NCBI GenBank assembly: GCA_013115145.1 | Contig: JAAPAO010000110.1 | Span: forward strand, 1 to 64,000 | Origin: Perkinsus chesapeaki ATCC PRA-425 | Lineage: Eukaryota; Protista; Perkinsozoa | Direction: 5' to 3' | DNA: 64,000 nucleotides | Translations under genes and position numbers: made by a program | The notes under the pieces: generated by a model | What the model saw: only the letters and a program-made list of their open reading frames with translations | Database searches by the model: none | Told to the model about the DNA's origin: nothing | Shown here: positions 11,945 through 25,027 of the stretch, piece after piece | Layout: each line of letters begins with the position of its first letter | Position numbering within the stretch: position 1 is the stretch's first letter

Positions 11945-13201
11945 TCACGTTAAATTGCAGAGTAATCGCCTCAACCAATCATCAGAGCCGCTCTCGTCAG
12001 CCAACATTAACGCTGATGCCACTCGGCCCAAGTCAATATGCCTTAAGTTAATCCTATCAGCATCCTCCAACAACCTCCCCGTTTCCATACCGCTCCTTTC
12101 TCCAATCGCCTTGAATACCTCCTCTACCCTCTCCAGCCTGTCTCCTGCTACCTTAGCCACCATTACCCATAGTCTCCCCACCGCAGGTAGCCTGCCCACT
12201 ATCGTCCTTATCAACGCTGCAGTCACAGATCCCCTCCAGAACACCATCGGGGGGACCGGCAATACCGGAGCCTCTGCCTGCTGTCGATCCAAGAAAACTA
12301 GTAGTGCCTTCGTGTGTGGCTCGGGACTCGTATACCTTATCACGACAATATCAATGAACCGCACAGGCCCTCCTCTTCGACAAATTCGCACCAGAGCCTC
12401 GAGATCCGTATGCCTCGGAAGGTAGAGGACAACTCTATTGAACGGACACGTTGCACTAGTCGCCCAATCTGTCAGCTGACAACTCGCTGGGTCATACACC
12501 TCAGTAGAATAACACTTCTTCCCTCCCCATGGTGGTGACAGGAACATCACCGACTTCTCATTCCTCGGCTTGCACGCACGCACATCACCCTCCACATATC
12601 TTATCCTGCCATCCCCCACACCATACACCCCAGCATTATGCTTGGCAATGTCCAACCTTTGCCGACTGATATCACAAGCCACGACAGATCCTCCTTTCCT
12701 TCCCCGATTCAGCGCGAACTGTACCACATTTCCCCCCACTCCCGCGCAGCCGTCCACCACTTCCGTCCCCGGATACCGTCGATAAATCTCATCAGCAGTG
12801 AAACGTGCGATGTTTTCCGGGGTCACCTCGAACCAGGCGGCCTCATCCATCTCGATCCCCTCATCGAACCGACTCCAAATAATATACCGCCGCTTCCAAT
12901 CTTCTCTCGAAATCCCTTCCGGTCGGCTCGCCTTTGCTTCACCAGCTGCTCGCCTAGGCCGTCCACACGTACGGGGATCGAACTCCTTCGGCGTTAACAT
13001 CACTAAGGTATCATCAACAACAACATAACGATGCTGATCGCCGTAGAGGACACCTTCTTCAATATAACCTAAAGCTGTCCTGGTCGATGAGCGCCCAACC
13101 ATACGATGTGATCTGATTGGTAAAGAGGAATGTACCATACATAAAATGAAGCTACATGAACAGGACTGGACAAGGAGTTCAAACCGCGATATGAAAAACA
13201 T
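11945..13201 (-). CDS. TGS1: Trimethylguanosine synthase-like RNA cap methyltransferase, intronless
   Basis: SRFDEGIEMDEAAWFEVTPENIA, VVDGCAGVGGNVVQFA (SAM motif I), DISRQRLDIAKHNAGVYGV and FLSPPWGG. The true start may be the Met at about 13102. Confidence 0.92.
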   Translation of the reverse strand: MFFISRFELLVQSCSCSFILCMVHSSLPIRSHRMVGRSSTRTALGYIEEGVLYGDQHRYVVVDDTLVMLTPKEFDPRTCGRPRRAAGEAKASRPEGISREDWKRRYIIWSRFDEGIEMDEAAWFEVTPENIARFTADEIYRRYPGTEVVDGCAGVGGNVVQFALNRGRKGGSVVACDISRQRLDIAKHNAGVYGVGDGRIRYVEGDVRACKPRNEKSVMFLSPPWGGKKCYSTEVYDPASCQLTDWATSATCPFNRVVLYLPRHTDLEALVRICRRGGPVRFIDIVVIRYTSPEPHTKALLVFLDRQQAEAPVLPVPPMVFWRGSVTAALIRTIVGRLPAVGRLWVMVAKVAGDRLERVEEVFKAIGERSGMETGRLLEDADRINLRHIDLGRVASALMLADESGSDDWLRRLLCNLT

Positions 13202-16200
13202 AATCTCACATCGTCAATTACGCCTCCAATGGATGCTGAGGTATTATAGTATATGAGATATACTGTTGAAGATGATCAGACATCATTATACTACCACCAG
13301 GCCTTCTCGAAGAAGGGCCTATTGATGTGAGAGTATTTGTGTTGAGAGTATTTCCCTATCATACAGTAGAAATGACTGGTACCATTTCTATCAGCTGGAT
13401 GGGTATGACACCATACGAGGAGCTTGCCATTTTTTCAATGCACCACCCTCCATCACCTACCCCCCCATATTGGTATTACTATTAATTATAGAATATATAA
13501 TAACAATGCCAAATATGACCTTTCCTCACAAGAGTATATCTTAATAACACTATATAATGATAGACCTGCGGCCGTCGAAGAATTCATATCAAACCTCACG
13601 TATCCTCTATCAATTCCTATCCTTCCTAAGATCATCGCTTGTACATTCACTGGCGACTTACTCGCTTATACACATCATCATAATGTTAATTAATTTATAA
13701 TAAGCCCGGCGGTTCAACTTCGTCACCGAAGAAGAAGAAGAAGCACCACAAATGACCCAGAAACGTCTCGCAGACGATTCTAATTTTCCACGGCGGCGGA
13801 GCGAAGCAAATAGTACACCACATCCACTTGGCCACTTTTGTCCCCCTTAATGGCCATCCATACCAATGCTTACCCATTGGATCTATTATAACCGACAGAA
13901 ATCCTTATAATAGGGCATTATTACAGTGGATATAATACTTATTACTATTATTACTACTATTATACCTATTATAAGGCATTATTATAACATTTTTCTATTA
14001 TAAGACCCTCATAGTACTCCAACAAAATAATAAAATTAGCACACCTACGTTGCCTACCCTTCACCAGCAATCACCGTCATAACAGTACTAAACCATTTTA
14101 ACCAACCAACCATTTCGACCCGTTTAAAGTTCCCACAATAATATTTCTCAATCCGGTATGTATAGGACTATAACGCAACAACAACACCAACTGTGATGTT
14201 ATCTTGATAAGACGTAATACTACTAAGTAGATATGTGTACGTTGTTATTAGCAGACTGATGACACAGGTTCAATTCCCACCCCCTCCAATTTGAATAACA
14301 TTTGAATCTTCCACCGAGGAGGCATCATCCATCTCTTGTATACCATAACCACTCTCCTCAGATGAATCACAAACCACATAACCCTCCACGATGCCCTAAA
14401 ATGACCACCAAACCCTGTAAGCCTTTCGCACTGCTAACATCCTTTCAATCGCAATAATAATATTAATTGCTATCAATGGTAATACTTTCAACGTTTTCCG
14501 AGTGTTGCTCTGTAAAGCAGCAAGAGAGAATGCAAAGATCTTCCTTCAACGCCCAGTTGCATTTCACCAAAAATACCTCCACCGGAACTATAATTATAAT
14601 AACCGATTCCGCGTGTTGAAGAGGTTAGTATTGGCTTTGTAGTGGTATCGAAATAGCGAGTGGGAGGCTTAAGATACTACTAAGGTGGGGCAACTATACA
14701 TTATAAAAATATGACATAATAATGTATCACTAACACACGGGATTGTCTCACGCTCCACCTTCCCCTCTGGCCCACCTCATCGACATCCCCTCGGAGTAAT
14801 GGTTGATGAGCTGCCACTTTATTAAACCATTTCATATCAGATGCCGCCAATTGACCAATAACATGGTCGCGTATGGCAAACTGAACGAGGATGAGGCTAC
14901 TAGTAAATATATTATATAAATGCTAATATTACTACACTCTCAAGGATAAAAAGTCATTGATTATATTATATACAATTTTCCATCACGACCAACTTAGTTC
15001 GTAAATTACCTCCTCTTCTCTTTAACGATATTATTATCTCCCCCTTCTCAACCTACGTTACGTTCCTATCTGCTATACTAGGAAAAGTTTTATTATGTAT
15101 CACGCTTCAGCAAACAATTCAGAGGGAAGCCTCAATTTAATTTTCCCGCTCCTTCCCTCCCCAAGGGCACCTAATGTGAGGAAGTACCATGGCTGGCTAC
15201 ATCTGCAGTCGAGCTTGAGGAGTTACGGGAATTACCAAACACCCAAAGACACGCTTATTGACCCCAAGTCCCATATAAATTGGTGAGGAGACCCAGCTCA
15301 CTCACAAGTCCAAAACGGTTGAGGAAGCCGCCGACCAACTATTCCCGCACTTGTCCGAATACTGGCTATGATCTCCCCCAGATACATTTACTTACCCGTA
15401 TAGCTTGGATAGTTCCACAAATCTGCCCTCGTATCCGCACACTCCGGAAGCCCCACTCTATCTCATTCCAGCTCAATCCAGTGAATCCGTCATCATCACT
15501 CGGTAACCACATAAATCGAGGCTCTTCTCCCTGAACATAAATTGTTTAACCGTGTAAGTGGACCATCCGCTACATACACACTTAACCCGATCGCAGGGGT
15601 GTGTCTGAAGACCGTATCAAACCAATGTGAACTAGTCACGAAGGCCTACGGAATCTACTACTGCCATCTCTGAAATTCAGAACACTACCAGTTACCGGTA
15701 GTACTCAGGATGTATACAATAGTTCCCTAATAACACCATGAAGTGATAATACAACTAACTCGCACAATAGAGACGGTATCAAGTAAGTTGCACGGTAATG
15801 AGCAGTAAGGTTAATATCTCAATAGTGCCCCCCCAGTATCCACTACCTCTGCGCTGGGATCCTCCATTCTCAAAATAAACTGTAAGCCATCATGCATATG
15901 AAAGTACATATCCTCCCTATACAGTCTGCTATACCCCTAATAACAACAATAATAATACTTCTCATACCGCTCTCTCCGCAACTTACCTCGAAATCGGTGC
16001 CGACTCTCTCTGACATCTGTATAACATACAGGGGTGAATACTCAAGCCAGATATGTTCCGAGTCGATGTCTCCTTTATATGGCCGCAAAAACCTCAGCTT
16101 TGGATCCTCGTCTAAACCACGTCTTCCCAGCGAAGGCGACGAAAACCCGAAACCCGAAAACCCGAATGACCTTATTCCTCCACCTCACCTTGGCATCGAA

Positions 16201-17151
16201 GCAGCTCTATCACAGTCTCGTTCACCAACGGTGACCCCTCTCCAACAAGGGGCTCGACAGATACAATCTACCACTAGAAATACTACACCACAGCAGGAAC
16301 GTCTCACCGTAAATGCCAGAGTAGGCCGATCAGATCTCCTAGGCCGGAAACGACTGGTAATACCGTTGCGGTCGATCTTGAGGAAATGCGTCACGGGAGA
16401 GAGCAGGTCGACCTGACCAGAAAGATTCCTTTTATCAACCTCAATCTATTACTACCTCAATAACAACCCTAAGTCCATTGAAATCCACAGGAGTGTCGCT
16501 CGCATCGAATTGCCCACTGTGAATGACCGCTGCCACCAGATCACTGTCCGCAGTATAAGATACTTGCGTCTAAGATAATAGAATGTACTAGCTCCCGCCA
16601 GGCCAACCTACACTGTCCAGATCCTTCCCAGGCACTGTGATATACCTATCCTTCGCCCGAGGCGATGATGGCCCAGTAGCACGCTGTTTCTGAGGAGAGA
16701 GCGGTATGAGAACCTCACATACGTACCCTTCCCATCATAAATACCCGACGAATGCCACTAGTTTTAAAGACGAGCAGCACGACACTGCACATCAGCGCAA
16801 CCGATCATACAAATAAAATGCACTCAGCAGTACTAAGAATCCCTGTACTAATCCACTACATATATTCTGAATTCTCATCGACGACCAAAGCCAAGTTGTC
16901 TCCTCCTAATAGGACACCGCCCAGTAGACCTTATAAAAAGTAATACGGCCGATTTTGAGAATCCTATCTACGCCACCTTCCCTTGTATATGTTATCTCCC
17001 TCTGGCAACAACGAACCCCCTATAGCTCACCTTGGTGCTCGAGAGCAGTCTCGACCTCCGAGACGAGTTACAGCAACACCAGAGCCTTTGTGCCCTCAAC
17101 AACGGGTTGTGTGCTAATAGATCACCAGATGTAATACGGACATCTATTGCC

Positions 17152-17251
17152 NNNNNNNNNNNNNNNNNNNNNNNNNNNNNNNNNNNNNNNNNNNNNNNNN
17201 NNNNNNNNNNNNNNNNNNNNNNNNNNNNNNNNNNNNNNNNNNNNNNNNNNN
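17152..17251. other. Assembly gap (100 N)
   Basis: Run of 100 n immediately adjacent to a minisatellite. Confidence 1.
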
Positions 17252-17255
17252 TAAA

Positions 17256-17493
17256 TGATACACACCTATATACTGTAATAAAGCCTATATGATACACACC
17301 TATATACTGTAATAAAGCCTATATAATACACACCTATACACTGTAATAAAGCCTATATGATACACACCTATATACTGTAATAAAGCCTAAATGATACACA
17401 CCTATATACTGTAATAAAGCCTATATGATACACACCTATATACTGTAATAAAGCCTATATGATACACACCTATATACTGTAATAAACCCTATA
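17256..17493. repeat. 34-bp minisatellite, 7 copies (may extend into the gap)
   Basis: Unit tgatacacacctatatactgtaataaagcctata with 0-2 substitutions per copy. Confidence 0.95.
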
Positions 17494-18838
17494 TTAAGAA
17501 CCCCTCGTATACATCTGTCTTCTAGACCCTATATTGAGGTGCGTTACTAAGTGTAAAGAATATCTCAAATCTTGAACAATCCCCCTATACCGATAGTTGG
17601 TTATAAGCACTGCAGATGACATTAAAACACAGTCGAACATAATGTTATAACATACCCACGAATTTGGGACTTTGATTCCTCCCATATTCCCAGTCGCTCT
17701 AGTAGCTCGCCTGCAATTAGCCTCTGTAAGGGAAAATCAAATATAAAAGTCGAGGCACTCCGAGGCACAAATCGCCCGCCTTAATCGGATCTATATATCC
17801 CATATAGAAGAACCCTTCCTTCCCTCCTTCCTATAGTACCCTTCCAACGTCATCCCTAGTAATCGGTAGCCCTCTACAGATAGGTTGATATATCATAGCC
17901 TTAGTAATCACTGCTGGATGATCCGACCGTCGACGACGCTTGCTCTTGGGCTCAGTATAGCGCACTGGCTCTGTGGATTCAGCTTCACTTGAACTGGTCT
18001 GAAGGGGAACAATTCATACCATATTTCCGCCAACTCTCAAGCTCAGTATATTCGGCAGAACCGAGAAGTTCCCATTAGGTCCGTGTCTATATCATATTCC
18101 ACAGGTCCATTGTAAACCTCTATTTGCGAGTAGAGCAGCCGACATTTGTGTCTCTTTTAACGTTAAAAATACACCACAGACAAGCCTCAGTTTCCTAATT
18201 CCTTTATTCCCTAAGCGAACTCCCCTTCATTCTCCCATTAATTATTTCATACCATATTTCCTTCATATTATTACCTCACTACTAGCTGGTGGAGGTGAGC
18301 TAGCATCCCTACCAAGCATCTCTTCATCTGATGAGTTCTCAGGTGACGACACCTATGCCAGAACTCATACCGACATTTCCTATTCATTACCTCTGCTGAC
18401 CTATACCGCATATTCAATAACTCAATGGTTTTAATCACTAACACCGGCGCGCGCCACGAAACAGCACCCGCCCAGCGCGGCCTTCATTTTGCGCTCTTCT
18501 ACTTGCTGCCTTGTCAACAACCATATTAAAGGACATTCAATGCTCCAACAGACCTCATTATATCCCTTAAGGTCGGAGCTAGCGATCAACAGCTGACTCC
18601 ATGGGAAAACTCCTACTTCCGATGTCCATTGAATGTTTTTGAAAACGAAGGGAAGAACGAAGGGAATGCTGTCTGACTGGGAGGGCGAGTGAAGGGATTC
18701 AGAGACCTAAGGAGATGACCAATATGTAAATTACCGTAGATTCCAATGCCCATTCCTCGGGTATCTTAAGTTGCACCGTGCACGATCCACACGTGCTCAG
18801 GAACACAAGCTCTCTACGATATCCTTGACCAGTTTCTT

Positions 18839-19920
18839 ATGATTCCCTTTCGACCCTTTATTCGGTCATCAGACCTTCTACGTAGTACAAGCAGTATCCT
18901 AAGTCGACGGTGCCATAGTACACCAGCCTTCCGAGGATTCTCATCAGAGGCAATTACCAAAAAGGAAGGGGATAATAATAAAGGGGAACCGCAGAGTAAA
19001 TGGAAGGCTCCTCTGGCATTTGGTAATAATCTGACGGAAATACGGTATGATTCGGTAAAAATACCACCTATTCGGCCGCTTTAAATCAGTGTTGGAATAT
19101 CTGTTACCATTCCTCAGCTCAGCCACTTAACATCACTCATGCGAAGGGGCAGATATCGTCCTAAATTATGTGCAATTTTCACTGAAGTCTTCACTTCCTG
19201 CAGTATGCCTATTTTCCCTCTCTGTCCTCAAATGTGGCCCAACTACTAGACGAGCCTATTTCAAAGTGCAGCAGTATTTCAGTATTTCAAAGTCTACATG
19301 CACCTTTTTCGCTATTAATTTGATCAGGTGCTGCATTAGGCCTTGGTCTTGCCGGTCTGATAGCCTACGACCCTCAAGTGCTGGATCAAATCAAACAGGC
19401 TATGTCCAACGACCATCTAGAGAACCCTGGTGACAAGGCATTTACCACATTAGAAAAGAAGGATCGAGACGAACTCAAATTCGTTGGAAAAATGATACCC
19501 AAAATGGGCGAGGAGCAATTCGATACGACTGATAATATTATACTAGTGGTGGGTTTAGCGGGAAAACCGCTCCAATGCCTTCTTCTTTCTTCTTATCGAT
19601 CTCACTCTCAGACGTTCAATAGCGAACAACAGCGCCGGGAGAATCTTTTGCAGCTCGGCAGTTTCATCCGAGACCTTCGGGATATTGCGATAGCCAAAAG
19701 AGTCGCAGAAAAAGCAAGCAATTTGGAAAATGTAATAATGTCGCAAGTCGTTGATGCAGTATTGGACCAGACACACTTTTACTATGCCATAGCGCCAGGA
19801 GCGTCTAAGGATGATAAGCTGGATTTAATATTGTATAAAGGGCAGAGAAGGCAGAAGGTTACCATAGGAGGGTCGGAGAGAGCCGACTCGGAGAAGGCTG
19901 TGGATGAGATGGAAAAGTAA
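18839..19920 (+). CDS. Hypothetical protein with mitochondrial-type presequence, multi-exon
   Basis: R/S-rich, nearly acid-free N-terminus MIPFRPFIRSSDLLRSTSSILSRRCHSTPAFRGFSS; terminal exon ORF 19378-19920. Confidence 0.55.
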
Positions 19921-20195
19921 TAATATATAGGGGAAGGGTTTATACAACTTTATCTGGTTTGAAAACAAAAGTAACCAACTTTCATTTGATACTGAAGAGC
20001 GTATTGGAATGTTTATTATTGTTAATTATCTAATATAACCGGTTTTACCACAATAAACACAGTGAGTGGCTGTAACAGTAATTAATTGAATATTAAAGCA
20101 TATATTGAAACTTGGTTATTAATAGTATGTATAGTCTTGAATTCTCCATAGTCTTTATTACTGGTGCCAACGGGGAGTCACTTTTGGGTTTTGAT

Positions 20196-20700
20196 TTATT
20201 TGTGAAGTTCCGGAATCTTGCTTGAGATGAAGTCGATGCTGTTAGGTTCTTCGAGCCAATGTGTCGACCGTTGGAGGATCTGCCAAAGTATCCGGAGGAA
20301 ACACCAGTTGAGGAGGTTAGCGCTCTCAATTTCTATGACAGAGTTATTGCAGCAGCTAGACCGGAAATGGCCATTTTGCTGCAAATGTAGTAGGGGATCT
20401 GAGCTATTTTGTATCTTGCACGGTTGAAGGTAGGATATTTCAGGTATGAGGATACATGTTTCCTATGCTTCCTTATGAGACCGTTTATCAATCAACTCGA
20501 GGATACCTTCCGTCGCGCTCATCTGCCCATCACCATAAAGCGCCTCAACATCGAAAAGAATGACTTTCCTCTCGGGTAGGTCATGGGCCGGAATGCGCCT
20601 CGCGCAAAGTGTCATCCAGATGCCCTGTCGCCAGAGGCACCCCAACCTTCGTACTCTATCGTGGATACTCTCCCAAACCTGAAAAGCTGGTAGTAGTCTG
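20196..20700 (-). CDS. Possible GBP/atlastin-like GTPase fragment
   Basis: GIWMTLC...KVILFDVEALYGD loosely resembles the GBP-family GIWMW...VLLDTEG segment; no P-loop located. Confidence 0.25.
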
Positions 20701-22824
20701 GTTGGGGAGGCTCGAATGTGATGGGATCTCCTCAGGCTGAGTTCAGACCGCGGGACATAGTTGATAGGATAAGGACTGACTTACTGCATGAGCATCCTGG
20801 TATAACATTATCGGAACATTTACTTAAGAAATGGGAGGGTATGGTTAACCAGGTCTCACAGAGGTAGGGAAGGAATAACTAGAAAAATAATAGCAATATT
20901 TTTGCGCGGCAAAAAGCACGTTGGGGAAAATCCAAACGGCCTGTAAAGAGGAGGATGTGCTCTTTCCACAAAGCCGCGTTGTTGGCCAAGTATTATTAGT
21001 ATTGAGAGAGTATCCTATCTGACTATCTGAAGGCAGAAATCAGCCAGGATAAGGGCCATTCATCGGGCTTTTGTTATTTCTCATACCGTACTTTCCACAA
21101 ATATCAAAGAGCTATCCCTACCTACAGTGGAGATGAGTTCTACCTTTCACACGATTAGGTTCCAGCTCCTGTCACAACTTATAATGTGGAATACCGAACT
21201 AGAGAAGTCTCAAATGGTGTTGGCTGGCGTCAGCAGTTCCTCTCCAGAAGCTGTACGTCTCTATAACGCGGATGTGTAATGTTAAGGTTAGGTTAAAGCG
21301 ATCGACAAGTACTTGGTCATGGCTAGCTCTGGCGATGATAAGGAGCTTTTCACCACTGTGGTATGGTAGAATGTTAGGCTGTTTGAGGGAAGTGTGGTAT
21401 GAGCAGGTATCGGAAATAATGACGGCTGATATGCAGCGAACAGATCTTCTGGACGAGAATATCAAATACCTCAACAAGGAGGTAAAGAGCTTCTACAGCA
21501 CTTCGTTGGTAGGCCACTTGGATGATAGGTGATGAACGCCGAAATGGACGCGCTAGTGATGGCCGAAATGATGGCAGAAAATGTTATTCAACTCGAGGAG
21601 GAAAAAGGGAAGGCCTCTGAACGAATTGCCTAGTTTCTGTCACTGCTGCTGGTTTTGGGTTGCTGAAGTCTTCCTGTGTGGAGAGAATGGCCACATTGGC
21701 AAGCCGTACAACAACGATTAAAGCTACAGTCGAGTGCTAAAACGTGCATACAACTAAGCCTTTGGCAAATTAAGGTGCAGCAGACAGTTATCGGCATAAT
21801 CTGGCGCGGCCTTAGACATCCAGGTCATCACGGAAGAGGAAAGTGCCGCAGCTCTACATTTAGATAATGTGAATCACAACGATCGCAACTCACTGAATGC
21901 AACTCAAGCCGACGTGTCGTTCGCATTTTGTATGATCACAGTGCAACAGCAGTTATTGGCTGCTGCTGTTCATACCGGCCATCGCTTGGACCTTCATCTC
22001 CATGTGTAATGTTCTCTATGATACCAATGGTATAATACCATATTTGCATGTTTATAATTGCATTACTGGGGAGACTTAGTGTTGGAATCGTCTCCATGTA
22101 ACGGTAGTACTACGTCTAGCGTTAAGAACTCGAAACGGATAAAGCAGTGAGACTTTTCCCCTATTCATTTGTTGTTTCTATCAGAAGACATTATTTAGTT
22201 ATAAATCGATATGACATGGACAAAGACCTCATAATATGATAACAAGTAGTAGTAGTAGTGGAGTGTTATACCATAACTTCTTTGCTGGTGGTGCTTGAAC
22301 TAATGGTGGTGGTGACACTTATTGCCGGGGGAATGGCCTCCGTTGGAGCTCCTTTGCTGCGACTCTGAGTCAAACACTACTAGTATGAATAAGAATATAA
22401 AATATAATTGCGAACGTTTGCCTATATGGACATCCTTCCCCGGGAAAATGGTTTTACCAACGCGCTTGATAGGAACGGAATCTAGACCAGCTACATGTTG
22501 AAGCATGCACAAGCGCACCAATACCACTAGCGATTTGGGGACTAAGCCACTTACATGCAGGAGAGGTTAATGAGAACACTACTACCGATTGTACAGACTT
22601 TAGAGTAAATTTAGTAAATTCAACTTACTGCGCACTAGATTTCTTCTGAAGAATCTCCTCCCCTCCCCCTCACCAAAGCCTGTGCATGTTTGATAGCTTC
22701 ATAGAAGTCCTGAAGATGCAGAAGTTGAGCATATGTGATGGGTAAAGAATCCGACTCTGATACATGAAGGGATGTCGATGACCTGATTGCAATGGAAATT
22801 TCGAATTCATTCACTTAATTATAT

Positions 22825-24544
22825 TTACACTTTCCTGGCAGCCTCAGCCCAGTAGTCTGTATCCAATGGGGTTCCATGAGGAGTTGCCAAGGCACTTCCC
22901 TCATCCACGTTGTAGTTCCCAAGGGTCTGCTGCCCATGCGGTATAAACTCAGGAGCATCTTTGGAGAGCTTCCGAGTGGAGCGTGAACCTTCTGCCGACT
23001 TGGCGGAGCCTCTACGGCCCGACTGAAGCCCATTGATCATGACGTTCACTTGTAAGGCTTCTTTTGTATACCTTGCCGCCGCTGCGCTCTTCCACAGGAA
23101 CAACACTAACTTTCTTCTCTTCTTTTTTTTCAGTCGGTTTATCTTCCTTTTGTACAGCTTCTTCTTTCTCCTTCGGTGAGGAGGCTTCGGTGGCCTGTTG
23201 AGTTCCCGCAATCTTGCCTCTGAAATTCACACCAACGTCCGCGTTATAGTTGCACGCATGCACAAGACGACGCGTCAGTGCAGATTACGCTGCAATTAGA
23301 CGTTCGAGCGCCTTTGGGCCTCCGGGGAAGTGGCGGTACTTGGTAACTGAGAAAAGGAAGGTAGAGGAAAGGCCTAGAATGCAGAATAACAGCGGCGGGA
23401 TTCGAACCCGCGCCCTTTCGGACTAGCGCCTGAAGCTAGCGCCTTAGACCACTCGGCCAAACTGTCGCTGGAATTGTTGATCATATCTTACCCAGGACGT
23501 TGGTTGGAATGAACTTTCCACCTTTCAGAGATAGCTCGAAGGTTACTTCATCATCTGCTGTCGGATACCTGCCCACCAGTACCTCACGTCGCTGAACCTG
23601 AGCTCACCAGAACTCCTTTCCACCAGAATCTTTGAAGGAATCTTTTGTGATTTCAAGATCACCCTTAACCTCGTTTGAAGATACCATCCCTCGACCTCTC
23701 TTCACCCAATACCTATTCCGCCAGATAACAACTCGCCTATAATAAGGCAATCACCATTGAACCTTTCCACAATAGCGGTAATTCTCCCCACTAGAGGACT
23801 TCCCAGCGACCGAAGAGCTCGCGGTTGTGCCGGATACCGCTTGTGAGTCTTTCTTAACATCACCCTCGGCAGACTTTTCTTTAGTAGGAGAGTTCGCTGC
23901 TGTTGTCGGGGCCGTGTTCTCTCCTGCCTTTTTGGCCTTGCCACCGCCCCCGCTGCTCGGCTTGGTGGGAGGTTTATGAGTTTTACTAACAGTTGGCATG
24001 TGAAGTGGGCTACTTAGTAAATAACACTTCCTCATCAACCATCCTTCATTGACACACTCCAACGCTACTGCACTGAGGATGGACAATCCGGTATATGCGA
24101 TACCATGGCACTCTTCAGAGGAAGTCACCAGTGGGTATTTCTGTCATCTCTTGCTCGATTTCAAGCACCTATCAAACTCTATCCCCCGGTATCGGCGACC
24201 CTCACTGTTTCGTTCACTTCTTCTTTCATCACTGACGGCTCATAAAGCTCCACACCTCCGCCCGATCCCCTGCTCTCTTTCTCTTCGGAAAATAGGTATC
24301 TAACCCCCTATCAGTCCCCAGCTTCCACAATCATCCACCTTGGATCACCTCCAAGCAGTATATCCTGCTGAGGCTGCAAGACTGAGTGCAGCGAGGCTCA
24401 CAGAGCCTCCCGTCATAACACCTACTTGATGATAACACTACAACCCAACGAAGGGCTGTCCCTACCGGAAGCCACAGTAGCTGCTGCCGCACCACAGCCC
24501 ACTGTACAAGCCCCTGCTGCAGCTGTCAAGAGAAGCTCGGCCAT
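22825..24544 (-). CDS. Hypothetical protein with C-terminal PAM2 (PABP-interacting) motif, multi-exon
   Basis: ATG at 24544 (MAELLLTAAAG), exons join in frame, and RKLSKDAPEFIP matches PAM2 (LSxxAxEFxP). Confidence 0.62.
23387..23466 (-). tRNA. tRNA-Leu(CAG), 80 nt, inside 118-nt intron 23374-23491
   Basis: GACAGTT-TG-GCCGAGTGGTCTAAGGC-G-CTAGC-TTCAGGC-GCTAG-TCCGAAAGGGC-GCGGG-TTCGAAT-CCCGC-CGCTGTT-A. A- and B-boxes intact, long variable arm; acceptor stem has a G1-U72 wobble and a U7:C66 mismatch. Confidence 0.88.
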
Positions 24545-24588
24545 GGAAAATGGCAAATACTAAATACTACACCGTATTACCAGTGGTA

Positions 24589-24633
24589 ATTCGAAACTCA
24601 CTCGTGGTAATTTACCACAAGTGAGTTTCGAAT
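24589..24633. repeat. Near-perfect palindrome, 22-bp arms, 1-nt spacer
   Basis: attcgaaactcactcgtggtaa-t-ttaccacaagtgagtttcgaat (1 mismatch), 45 bp upstream of the ATG at 24544. Confidence 0.9.
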
Positions 24634-25027
24634 GCCCGAGGTGGAGATGAATGTATACGGATTCTAACCGGATTGGACTAACCCTACCACAAGAACTGAA
24701 GCCAATAACAGCGTGCCGCACTTGAGACCTCCCCAGCAGTTAGTTCCCGAAATCTGGACATGTCCCATCACGGGGGAGGATGAGGAAGGTTCCAGCCACA
24801 TAGATATCAAACGGGAGGGACAGCGCGGAAACAGAATTCACACCATTTGCTGATTAACGATTATTGGTGGCGCAACAACCGGCTCAGAGCCGCAAACAAG
24901 TCCTGACTGGACGAGAACGGTTGAATATCAAAAGTCTTCAGAATAATCTATGATCCTTCCCTGGGAAGAATGGGCAAGGAATTGTTGAGTATAAAGCTAA
25001 GACGGTCTTAGACTCTCGGTAAGACTC

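Noticed and set aside
12970-12995. GGAGTTCGATCCCCG in TGS1
   Set aside because: Coding (KEFDPR); shows that B-box words arise by chance in exons, so only intron-located, correctly spaced hits were accepted.
13700-13730. ggcggttcaacttcgtc hairpin resembling a T-arm
   Set aside because: Reads as a plus-strand exon (ARRFNFVTEEEEE) after an acceptor-like AG.
14256-14299. caggttcaattcccaccccctcca, a tRNA-Ala-like 3' end in a possible minus-strand intron
   Set aside because: Host strand is ambiguous: ctgat...cacag directly before it looks like a plus-strand branch point and acceptor, making it exonic. The T-stem does not pair. Kept only as a weak candidate.
13229-16950. Short ORFs and exon-like blocks between TGS1 and the gap
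   Set aside because: Probably contains genes, but I could not assemble a consistent spliced frame or recognise a motif.
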